A stretch of DNA of 63,354 nt, filler included, from Folioceros fuciformis (Eukaryota), in assembly GCA_049999805.1 (NCBI GenBank). It is 17 parts of 17 records of this genome, joined end to end, with 100 filler letters (N's around TTAATTAATTAA, not from the genome) between each part and the next. Parts side by side here need not be neighbours in the genome. Positions count along the whole stretch, not along the records: positions 23,588 to 30,885 come from JBNGIO010000276.1; positions 30,986 to 33,363 come from JBNGIO010000277.1; positions 33,464 to 42,837 come from JBNGIO010000278.1; 14 more parts are not named here. The stretch is one strand, 5' to 3'. The notes below the pieces were generated by a model, which worked only from the letters and a program-made list of their open reading frames with translations, was not told the origin of the DNA and ran no database searches. This document shows, piece by piece, positions 23,588 to 34,441 of this stretch. The first letter of the stretch is position 1. Every line of letters starts with the position of its first letter. The position numbers were made by a program, and so were the translations under genes.

Positions 23588-26230
23588 GGGCGCAGTATGG
23601 GTGGAGGCGGGTGAACGGGACAAAGGCGAAGCCTGAGCGCGGCGACGGCTGAGACGGATCAAAGGAGACGCGAAGCGGCCAGTATCAGGAGGGGCGGCGG
23701 CGACGAAGCGATGATGGACAGGAGCCTAATCGAGGGAGCGGACACAGGCTTGGCGCCAGCGAAGGAGTCCAGGGATGCAGCTCTAGAGCCGCTGCCTCAG
23801 GTGGAGGTAGCCCTCTGGCCAAATATGGACCACTGGAAGGCCAGAGCCAAAGGGTTGGTGGAAGAGCTAGGCCTCGGGTTCATGACCAAGAGATGGAACC
23901 ACGTGACACCCGCTTTGGTGCAGGAGTGCGCGCACGGGTTGAGGAACAGGACAAAAGGGGAAGGGACCAGGGAGAGGTCCCAGGACTAGGACGTTGAGCT
24001 TGTCAGGATAGTATATGGGCGGAGCCAGGAGGAAGCCGGGGGACTCGTGATCGAGTTCCTGAGGAAGCACAGTACCACAGCGGCGGCAGCAGCACTGTTC
24101 AAAGGTGGAATCAGAAGGGAGGCCAATGAATGGCTCGCGCGGGAGATGGCGACTGCCCAGCTCATGGGCCTGATGGCTCTTGTGTTTTTTTGCAAAACAA
24201 GAAGCAAGACTACCTATCGAACCACATGCTGTTGTTCCTGCATGAAGTGGTCAAGGGGAGTAGGATCGACTAGGGGAAGATTATTTATGATCGAATAAGG
24301 AGAGGCAAAATCTGACTTCTCCCACTCCCCGCCCATCTTTGATCTCACCCTTCCTGGTCCATTTGTATTGCTATGCTAACAGTCTGCCAGACATGGAGGT
24401 GGTTGCTTCCTTGCATATGTGGAAGCTAGTTCAGGAGGTCAAGTGGAAGCCGGAGGAGCCCAAAGAGGAGGCCGAGTTCAGCAGTTGGAAGTCTAGAGCC
24501 ACAGGGAGTTCGGAAGAGGAGGCAACTACTAGCAGGAAGAGAAACATAGGGGTCAAGCAGAAGACCCCCGTGAGGAGAAGGAAGGTCAATGGGCGCACCA
24601 CCAGAGCAGCGGGCGACTCTGCACTGCAAGATTCTGCCCGGAAAATATGCGACATGCAACCAGGCACCCCCTCGACTGAACTCAAGGAATCAGCATCAGC
24701 AGAGGGAGGAAGACCGGCTGAGAGTGGCAGGGAAGTTAGGGTTGACCCCGGGGGAAGAGCCTTTTCCAGGGTGGGAAGAGATTTTCAGGGCCACCCCCTT
24801 GGTGGCAAATTTGCAAGAGGAGGAGTTGGTCAGGGTGCGCACGCTGCTGGGCACAGGGGTTCTAGACAGAGGAATGGCTACCGGAGGTACGCCCCAGCAG
24901 GTGGATTTACCAGGCTTGACAGCGGCCATGGTTCGGGCGCAAACAAACATGTTGGACCAGGTTGCACGGGTACTCACTTGGCTGAGCATGTAGGGGCAGA
25001 AGGAAGAGGAGGTGCAAGCTAAGTTGTCTGAGGCAGAAGCAAACCGGAAGCAATTGGAGGAAGCTCGACAGTCACTGAGTATAGCCAAGGAGCAGGTGCA
25101 GGAGAAAGTACGCTGGGCCAGGGAGGAGATGCAGGCCATGAAGGATCAGTAGGAGCTACTCCTGACTCAAGTCAAGGAGGTTCGTGAAGCTAATCAGGAG
25201 ATGCAACAGGAATTTTTGAGGGCACAGGAGCAAGAGGCGCAGTGGAGAAGGTCCAGAACCTTGCGAACCGGTATAAATGGGAACAGGATGAGGCCCGGAG
25301 CAGCACAAAAGGGAAAGGAAAGGCTAAACGGAGTAGCAGGTCTGCGACCGAGGTAGCCAAGAGTTGCTACCGCTTAGAGGGAGACCACACTAGCGGAGGA
25401 CAGCCCTATCAGGGTAGAGGAAGCAGCGACCGTCGAGGAGCCCGCAATCGGAGGAGCTGGAATGGCAACCCATACCAGGAGGGCGGGACTAGGAGAAGCC
25501 ACAGTTAGGGGAGCGATGGATTCCCTAGTACCTTTGGAGAGCAGAAGACAAGCAGTTCGGGGTAGCCCACGGGAGGAGGGGGTAAGCACCTCATCTGCAG
25601 CAGAAGGCCAAATTGTATAATAGCATCTAGATGAGGCAACTTACGTTCCTGGGCTCTATGTGAATGTGGACCATGTGCTTAACGTGATTGTCCATATGTG
25701 TGTGGAAAGAGGAGGAACAAGGGCTTACTGCATACAACTGAGGACTCGTGGGGGATGCTTTTCCCACTGCTTCCGGGTGTGGGGACTGCCTCCTTGTTAT
25801 TCGGAGTCAGTCCTGCAGAAGCTGACGGAGGAAGAAGCGCAGGCATGGGTGGAGCAAAAACCCGTGATGGTCCTCAGCAACAGGCAACCGAATGGTGGGG
25901 GAAGGACCTCTCGGCGGACCCCACCCACGCCTCAACAGGAGAAGTCAAGTGGCAGTGAAAGCGAGATAGAGGTTTTATGGGAGGATCTACCTGATTAGAG
26001 AAGAGGAAGGAGGTCCCAGGGATTTGGTGGCTGAGAGAGGGGCATGCAACGGCCGGATAGGAGGCGAGCGCGGCGATAGGATAGGCCAGAATCCATTGCA
26101 TCTTAGAATAGTATTCCATACGATTTGGTGAAGATGCTTTCTTGGACCTAATACCGCTCATAATTAAGAACGTCGGACTGCCTGAAGACTGAACTTAATG
26201 GCAGCTGCGATCCCGCCCGTCGTATGTACA
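23588..26230 (+). mobile_element. Degenerate accessory ORFs of a repeated element, probably LTR-retrotransposon-associated
   Basis: Stop-ridden ORFs (ALWPNMDHWKAR...FMTKRWNHVTP, a coiled-coil segment, TYVPGLYVN...QLRTRGG) collinear with the reverse complement of 61429-63354. Confidence 0.7.
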
Positions 26231-27299
26231 AAGAGGCCTGTTGGCGCCCCACCAAGCAGTGAAAGTTGGTGACTCATTTCGATCGAGGTCCCCGCGCTGT
26301 CCATAGCTGGATTGGAGATGTCTGAGTGGGCAGCGTGTGCGCGACGCTCCTAAGAGTGGTTGAGAGTTTTTTGCAAATTCTCTGCTAAGTGAAAGGTCAC
26401 CTTCCCTTATTCCCCGAGCTCTCATTGTGCGCTGCAGCTGGTAGTGAGGGGAACGAATCCGCCCGCTGTGCAAAGTGGAAGGAGAACCCCTCCTTCCCTT
26501 ATTCCCTAAACGATTGGCTGTGGCCCGTAACTAAGATGAGAGGAACGAATCCGCCATCTGTGCGGAGTGGAAGGTGAAATCCTCCTTCCCTTATTCCCTG
26601 ACCCGTAGGTTGTGTTTTGAATATGAGAAGAGTGTGTGGGACGACGCGGTGGTGAAGGGTGTGTGTGTGAAGATGAAGAGCGAGAGAGTAGGAAGGAGAA
26701 AGGTGAAGGAGTGAGAGCGTGAGAAGAAGACTGACTGTGGACCGTAGCTGAGGAGAGAGGGACGAATCTGCCCATTGCGTGGAGTGGAAGGAGAACTCCT
26801 CTTTCCCTTATTCCCTGATTCATTGGCTGCATTTCGAATCTAGCGTAGAAGAGTGAGCGTGTGAGAGAAGAGGGAGATTGAAGGAGTGAGTGAGTTGAGG
26901 AGTCGAGAAGGACCCTGGAAGATTGCTGCAAGATTGTTGAAGGGAATCACTAAGAAGTTGGTAGATGATTGAGAAAGATTGCTGAAGCTGGGATGTGAGT
27001 TCTGAAGAATTTCTGGGAGATTCTAGGACATTTGTGGAAGATTGTTGGAGATTGGGAGAGATTGTGGAGGATTGTTGAGGGATTGCTGAAGATTTGTGGG
27101 CGATGCTGAAGATTGAAGATCCTTAGGAACGGGCCTGTGAGAAATAAGTGTACACCAGAGTTCTAGGGTGTTTTGCATATGAGGAGAGTGTTGCATGTGT
27201 GTGTGTAGGAGCGTGGCTAATCCACGGGGTCTTATTTCCTAAGGATTAGCATTTGTATATGTGTGGAGCATCCAATAAGACCAGATCTGTGAGTCTAGA

Positions 27300-27667
27300 A
27301 GCCCCTGGGACAGAAACCCGTGGTGGAAACCCGCAGCGGCACATGCGTCGGAAAATATTAGTTAGGGTTGCTAGTGGGACCCACCACAATCATAGACACC
27401 ACTACTGGTCACGGAACCAGTGACCGGAGTCCTAGAGTAGGGGCCGGAGTTGTAGAGTTGGGTCCGTGGTAGCTAGGCTAACTGAGGGGTAGGGTAGGGC
27501 GTAGTTGGTCGTAGAAACGATAGTGGATAGGGTCGGTCTTAGGAAAGAGTTAGTAGTAGAAGAAACCTATGTTACTTGGCACAAATCATTCCCTTGGGAG
27601 CGAATCCCATGGGTACAATGACATAGAAGGTTTGTGTGGGCCTCGCGGTGTCCTCGAACACAACATT
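27300..27667 (-). repeat. LTR-like family C 5' end on the minus strand
   Basis: The reverse complement starts TGTTGTGTTCGAGG and carries the GGATTCGCTCCCAAGGGAATGATTTGTG core and GGTGGGTCCCA. Confidence 0.65.
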
Positions 27668-28339
27668 TTACTCCATAGGTTTCCATCTTCCGGAAGCTGT
27701 TCTTGTTTCCACAATTGCTACCGGCTTCCAATACTTTTTGCTCCTTTCTGCGACCACCTTCTCCATTCCACGATCGTCGTCGGGCTTCGACTACCTACCT
27801 TCTCAGACTCAGTCCACACACAGACTAGGACACTTTACTCCCGATTCGACCTTTAACTCCTAACACAAAATGACTCTAATGTCTCTAGGGCTTCCCCCTT
27901 ATATAGGCTTTTGCGAACTGTTCAAAGGCCAAGGAACAATCAACCCTTCAAACGCACACGTTAGTAGGGAGTTCCTCATTATCAGATCGTTCACACAGGC
28001 TACATGACCTAGGTTGCCCACACAAGCTTGGCCACAGGACAGGAGAGACGATCCTGGAAGCTATCCTTAAAGATGTTGGAAAGCATGGATTCGGCATTGA
28101 AGTGCGCAATGGAGGAAGAGCCCTCAACCCTAAAGGAGGCTTTAGAAGCAGAAGATAGGGAGAAATGGCTGAAGGCCATACACGCCGAGTACAACGCGTT
28201 GATCAACGACCAGACTTGGGACTTAACCAAACTCCCTCCCAAATGGAGGCCAATTGGTAGCAAGTGGACTTTCAAGTTGAAGCACAAGGGAGATGGGAGC
28301 ATTGAGTGATACAAAGCATGATTGGTCACAAAGGGCTGT

Positions 28340-29070
28340 TGAAGGTGATGAAAATATAGCCTTGCTCTTAGATGTGAATCCCACAATGTAATTGAATTAT
28401 AATGAAGTAAAGTACAAGCCTTTATGTAGGCTAGGTGGTTGAGGTGGTTGGGCGGTTACAACTATAAGTAATTGTAACCGAAAGTGGTTGTAACCATAAG
28501 TAGTTGTAACCGTAAGTGGTTGCAACTACTAACTACCTAGAATAACTACAAAGTATTTAGCTAATGCTATAGACGTAAATAAGCTAAATACTACAGCCCT
28601 AATGAATAGTGCCCTAAACTAGATATATTTCATCAGAAGGATCGCTAGGGAGCCACATGATGGAGGAGGAGAGGAGAAAGCAAGGGAGGTCTCACACTCT
28701 GGTGCCTTCACTGACTCCGGTGCCTTCCTCACGCCTTTGTGCACCTTGTTCGTAGCACCTACAGACATCACCGTCTTGTTCCACAACCAAGCTCTGATAC
28801 CAGTTGAAGGATCGCAAGGGGAGCCACATGATGGAGGAGGAGAGGAGAAAGCAAGGGAGGTCTCACAATCTGTCTCGCAAGGGAGCTGTAGAGGGTATTT
28901 ATACCCTCTAGAAGAGCTCTCAAAAGAGCTTCACAAGAAGCGCATAGGAAGCTGCGCAAGAAGCTTCCTAAAGATAAGCTTAAGCTAATCTAAATAAATG
29001 ATGCTTAACTAGACACTAATCTTAGACTAAACATATTAGTCTAAGCACATTGGGCTTTAATAACCCTATA
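28340..29070 (-). mobile_element. Internally deleted LTR family B element with 5-bp TSD (GCTGT/GATGT)
   Basis: Full LTR at 28805-29070, PBS at 28791-28802, and a second LTR stub at 28340-28345 plus 28636-28697. Removing it restores copia TKGC-DQHHGEDY. Confidence 0.85.
28346..28635. mobile_element. Solo LTR, 290 bp, with perfect 5-bp TSD GAAGG
   Basis: TGATGAAA...TTTCATCA inverted ends. GAAGG at 28341-28345 and 28636-28640. Internal 16-bp tandem repeat (TTGTAACCGTAAGTGG-like, about 4.5 copies). Confidence 0.9.
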
Positions 29071-30985
29071 GATGTGACCAACATCATGGGGAAGACTACC
29101 ACAAGATGTTCTCACCCGTTGTAAACTTCACATCGATCCGATGCATGCTGACACTGGTAGCAATCAAAGACATGGAGATTGTTTGAATAAACCACCACAT
29201 GGATGTCTGCAATGCTTTCCTCAACGGTGACGTGGAGGAAGCAATCTTCATGACACAGCTCGAAGGGTTTGAGCAGCGTGGGAGAGAGCATCTAGTCTGC
29301 AAGTTGAGGAAGGCTCTTCATGGCTTGAATCAGGCCGCACAAAGGTGGTACTTCAAGCTCGACACTCTCCTAAAGGCCCCAGGCTTCAAACGGAGGGAAG
29401 CGGATCATGGAGTATCACGCTCGAAGACAGGGAATCGAGGGTATGGATCACCATATACGTTGATGACCTACTGATAATCAGCAATTCCTTTACCTTGATG
29501 CGCTAGGTTAAGTGAGAGCCGTGCCAAGCCTTCAAGATGGTTGACCTCAGAGAAGTCGATTTCATAGTAGGAGTGAGGATCACCCGCGATCGACCAAACA
29601 GAATGTTGTGGCTGGACCAAAGCACATACATCAAGGAAACCTTGGAGGAGCATCACATGCCAGACTGTAAAGTAATGACAACACCACTCAAGCTGGGAAC
29701 ACGACTGGTGCGGAAGGCCGAGGGCATCAAGGCTGAAGGAGACAATATCTTCAAGCCACTCTATGAAAAGGTGGTGAGGAAACTCTTGTACGCCCTAAAG
29801 ATGCAACTTGACATTGCTTACGCAGTGCGATTAGTGGCCAAGTTCTCGGCAAACCCCGGGACACAGCATTGGACTTGCGTTAAGAGGATCCTTTGCTACT
29901 GACAAGGGACAAAGGAGCACAGACTAGGCCTCAGTGGGAGGCGAGCAAATTCTCAACCCACAACTGTAGAAGGTTATAGTGATGCAGATTATGGAAGGAG
30001 CTTGGACAACCTACGCTCAAGTACCGGTATGGTGTTTCTGCTAGGAGGCTTGCCCGTGAGTTGATCATCAGCTAGCAACCGCGTGGGGCCACCTCCACCA
30101 TAGAATCAGAGTATATGGCACTTGTGGAGGCAACCAAGGAAGCCATATGGCTTAGGTACTTGCTGGGAAGTTTGGGCTATGGTAGAGAAGGGGTCATGAT
30201 CATCTACACTGACAACTAGAGCAGCATGGCCCTAGCCAAGAATCTAGAACATCATAAGATAACCTAACATATCGACATTCGATTTCACTTCATTCGAGAG
30301 CGGCACCAAAAACATGTTAGCCGACATCCTCACGAAGAGCGGGAAAGAGCACCGTGGCATGTTGAGGACAGCCCTGCGCCTCATAGAGGCAAACCACTAA
30401 CTAGTCCTCTCGCAAGTTTGGGCAATGGCCCTCAATCACGGCACAATTCACCAATTGAAGTTTACTAGCGAAGATACCACATATAGATGTGCTCCCAGGA
30501 TTTGCAGGGTAGTGCGCACTACCCTCCCTCTTATTTAAGGGGTGCAAAGACACACCTCATTGCACTGTACCTTTTCCCATAGTTACTCCGTCTTAGTCTC
30601 CTTTCGACTGTTGTGCACTCCTTGATCACTGCTCCTTATTGCTGCCATGCTCTCACAGCATCCCGTTACTCCTTATTGCTGCCATGCTCTCACAACATCC
30701 CGTTACTTGTTTGCACTCCCCCCTAGAGCAAGGTGTGGTTCCTCTTGGCACTAGCTCTTTTGTCCCTTGGTTCTCTAGTGCACTCTACATTAATCACTAA
30801 ACCATTGTTTTCACCTTCTACACATGGTCATTATTTTCATTTTATTTAGTGTTTCATAAATCACAAGTAATAAGATCCCTAAAGANNNNNNNNNNNNNNN
30901 NNNNNNNNNNNNNNNNNNNNNNNNNNNNNTTAATTAATTAANNNNNNNNNNNNNNNNNNNNNNNNNNNNNNNNNNNNNNNNNNNN

Positions 30986-31882
30986 CAATTTTGCAATGCT
31001 CTTAGGGCTATCTTGCATGATGTGTATATCCAATGGCCATCCAGAAGTAAGATGGAGATGTATGCAACTGAGTTTGAGGCATTGAGAGGAATTCCTTGTG
31101 TTATAGGAGTAGTAGATGGTAGCCATATTCCCATCATAGCAGCAAAAGAGTACCATGCTGACTATTATTGTAGAAAGGGGTTTCATAGTTGCTTGCTTCA
31201 ATTAGTAGTGAATGCAAAAGGAATGGTTTGGGATTATGATTTCGGTTGGGCAGGTAGCATGAATGATTGGAACTTGTGGGAGCGGTCGAAAATTGGAAAG
31301 AGATGTGTAACAGGTATGCTAGATGAGTTTGCCTTAGTGGGAGATGTAGGTTATTGGCCTCGAGTACATCTATTAACGCCATTCTGTGGGCATAAAGATG
31401 GATTTACATCGGAGGAAGCCAATTGGAATTTTATTCAATTAAGTACTCGAATGGTGGTGGAAAGGACATACAGTATGCTGAAAAGTAGGTTTCGTATTTT
31501 GTTAAAAAGAAATGATATGAAGTTGAAAAATGTACCTTCTGTTGTTAGTGCATGCTTAGTATTGCATAACATGTGTGTGCAGCATAATGATGGCTTTGAG
31601 GATGAATGGTTCAATGAAGCTACTCTTGAACTTCAAAGATCCGCTTCTAGCAATCATTAGTGGCAGACTCCACTGCAACAAGAAGCTTCAAGGGCAGCTG
31701 TAGAGACTTTGTATGAAATCAACAATGCATATGATAAGCATGGGCAAAGACGAAATATGGTGAATGTGAAAGACCATGCCGACGGTGGAGACCAAAACCC
31801 ATATGCAAGGGCTGGTTATAGACAAGGTGTAGCACGTTGGAGGGCTTTAGCCAAAAGCTTGTATGAATTGCGCTTGAAATGA
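30986..31882 (+). mobile_element. PIF/Harbinger DDE transposase (HARBI1-like), 5'-truncated, with a probably premature stop at 31658-31660
   Basis: VVDGSHIP, YYCRKGFHS, GWAGSMND, VGDVGY, RMVVERTYSMLKSRF and ACLVLHN. The frame stays open for 73 codons after the TAG. Confidence 0.92.
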
Positions 31883-32048
31883 CGGGCAAACGAGGTTTTG
31901 GGTCTAGAGTCTAAGACGGAGAATGAAGGTGAACAATAAAAACTAAAACACTTAAATTTCCAAAACCAGCCCTTGGCTCAAAGTCTGAGACCGAAGGTGA
32001 GCAATAAAAACTAGAAATGCAAATTCTACCAAAACTAGCTCATGTGTT

Positions 32049-32762
32049 CTATTTGTGCATCAAGTATGTTGCCAAGTTGCCAAGTGTGTCATTCATGGAT
32101 TGGAGTAAAGTCACCTTCTGCGCTTCAATTGCCTTGTACTCTTGTAATAAACATTCTATGTGCTTGGCTATCTGTTCCATAGTTGCCAGTCTTGGGTCTC
32201 CCTTTCTTGCCTTGTTCTCTTTTTGGCCACCTATTAACGGGGCTTGACCATCTGACTCCTGGTGTATAGGCTCACCATCTAGTGGTGGCTCAAGTTTACT
32301 CTCCAAACCATCTGTGACATCCCAAAAAGTAGAGCCCATGGTAGAGTCCATAAAGCCCCCCCCCTCGGGCATAGCAAATGCTCTAGGAAGGGAGCTGGCA
32401 TGTGCATGGCAATTGACCACATGACGTTTACCATGGTATTCATCCATGAGATAAAAAAACTTACATTTATTAGACCTTCCATGCCCACTTGTCTTGTTCT
32501 CGTCTTTGTCCTTCCTGCAATTGTTCATAAGGCTCTTGTGCATCTCACAACGTGCCTTAGAATCCTTGTCGAAATTCAGGCAGATCGCACACAATCTCGT
32601 GTAGAGCTTGTTCCACACATCGATACCTTGCTTGGGTGCTTTGTTGAAATCCTCCTCCATAGAACCCCTAAGGTGGATCAAGTGGATGGTATGGTGTTTA
32701 GTCCATTGTGGACCCCTTCCACCACTTGTCCTTCGAACCTGATCCTCCCCTTCAAGTCCCAA
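32049..32762 (-). mobile_element. Myb/SANT (trihelix)-like partner ORF of the Harbinger element
   Basis: QWTKHHTIHLIHLR...DVWNKLY...CKFFYLMDEY with a C-terminal coiled coil. Convergent with the transposase on the same contig. Confidence 0.82.
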
Positions 32763-34335
32763 GCATTTTTTGCTTTTCCCCGTACGCTTCTTGACCCTCT
32801 GCCAGTGTCCTATGAATTTGGAACCTCATGACCAGTTTCTAGGTCAATAACATTGCCTAGTGCAGGCCGTTTGAAACTAGAGCCTAGCATGACACTTCCA
32901 AGCAGAGGCATTGAGAATGCTTGCTGCTCATGAGGGGAGCATCCTTGTGATATTTGTTGACTTGAAGGTTGGCTCCACGTCTAAGAGGACTGTTCAAAGT
33001 TGTAGCTTTGAACTGTTGACTCCCCTCCTAAGCCAAATAGATAACTTGAAAAAGTTTGGGAAGGTCGTCTTTGTAGTGAAGACTCACCACTATGACCTTG
33101 TTGCCTAGCCATAGCCAAACCTAAAAGCCTAGAAACCTGCCAAACTTGTTGAGATAGAGAGCTTGTTATGCCAAGCCAAGGTTAGCCAGAAACTTTAGAG
33201 AGCCCGTTGTGCCATCCAAAAATTTGATTGCCACTGAATACCTTGGAATTACCTCACAACAAGGCTGCAAGCGCGTGGCGACGATGGGCAGATCCCTACA
33301 CACAACACACACGAAGTGAAGGACTCGGCTCTTCGGCGGGCACTCTTCTGCGTGGCTCAACAGNNNNNNNNNNNNNNNNNNNNNNNNNNNNNNNNNNNNN
33401 NNNNNNNTTAATTAATTAANNNNNNNNNNNNNNNNNNNNNNNNNNNNNNNNNNNNNNNNNNNNGCGCATCTGTGTTTCGGCATGTGCAACTAAGTTGGTC
33501 TCGGAGTTTCTCATGATCGTGTTTGTCCGTAACTTAGCTCCGGTGCGAGCCAGCGTCTCAACTTACTACTTTCACGGTACGTCCTAACGTGAATCCCTTT
33601 TTTGCTTGCTGGCGATCTGCGACCTTCGGGCTCGGGGCTCCTGCTCATGGATTAGATTGTCTGCAGGAGGAGGACCTGATGGCGGAGAATCTCAAGCTGG
33701 ACGAGGCTAGGAAGCAGTAGCAGCTCAAGGCTGAGGCGCAGAGGGATGAGTCTCACTGCCACAAGGAGAGTGCAAGGAAGGTGAGTCACACGCCCCAGGC
33801 TCTTTCCGCCGCATTGGGTGAAACCCTAGTGTTGCAGGGAACGGGTAGAGCCACATGGCCTCCAGCTTGGTCTAGCCTTTCGAAGCAAGTGAAGCGCACC
33901 AAAATGTAGTGATTACCACTGCAGATCTAGACGACGCGATAGCATAAGAACGGGCCTTTGCTCGTATAAAAGATCATCCATCCCAAGCCACCTCCACCTG
34001 GCCGCACACAGACCCGCAGCTCAAGGTGGGAGGTTGCAAAACCTTGCTCCCTCAGGGGCAAGGCATTCAAAATCGAAGGACCAATGTTTTGTTCAACACG
34101 TCACCACTCTCGGAAGGTCGTATAGACACTTCAAGATAGTGCGAGGTTGCAAAATCCTACTCATCTTGGAGAGGTGCTGAGATCTGATGGAAGACGAAAG
34201 CGACCTAGGTGATTGATCTGGAACCCCACTCCCTGGACTTGAGTTGATGGACCACTTTGAAGCCAGAAACTATACCTTCCCGCGCTCTGTGGACACTCCT
34301 TAATTCCCAGGTGGAGACCCGACCCGACAAGACAA

Positions 34336-34390
34336 GTCGAGTCGAGTCGAGTCGAGTCGAGTCGAGTCGAGTTGAGACGAGACGAGACGC
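34336..34390. repeat. (GTCGA)7 microsatellite with a GACGA tail
   Basis: Seven perfect pentamers at 34336-34370, about 70 bp past the pectate lyase stop. Confidence 0.95.
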
Positions 34391-34441
34391 GCTATGGTAC
34401 AAGAGGTCAAGCTTCCTCTGAGTTGAGCTGATCTGAGTTGT

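Larger units (their letters stand above)
28080..30400 (+). mobile_element. Old Ty1/copia RT-RNase H interrupted by a nested insertion
   Basis: EEPSTLKEAL, TWDLTKLP, SKWTFKLK / DYHKMFSPVV, MDVCNAFLNG, IYVDDL, GYSDADY and ESEY, with many stops. Confidence 0.9.

Noticed and set aside
26388-26820. Repeat-spacer pattern resembling a CRISPR array or hammerhead retrozyme
   Set aside because: Eukaryotic TE context, irregular spacing, degenerate ~60-bp repeats, no cas genes, and no CTGANGA/GAAA catalytic core in the right arrangement.
22048-27667. Inverted family C repeats suggesting a DIRS-like or foldback element
   Set aside because: The two copies lie on different contigs separated by a linker, are quite diverged, and no tyrosine recombinase is visible.
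30632-30705. 37-bp tandem duplication (similar small duplications at ~13008, ~38255 and ~55585)
   Set aside because: Ordinary local slippage duplications with no further structure.
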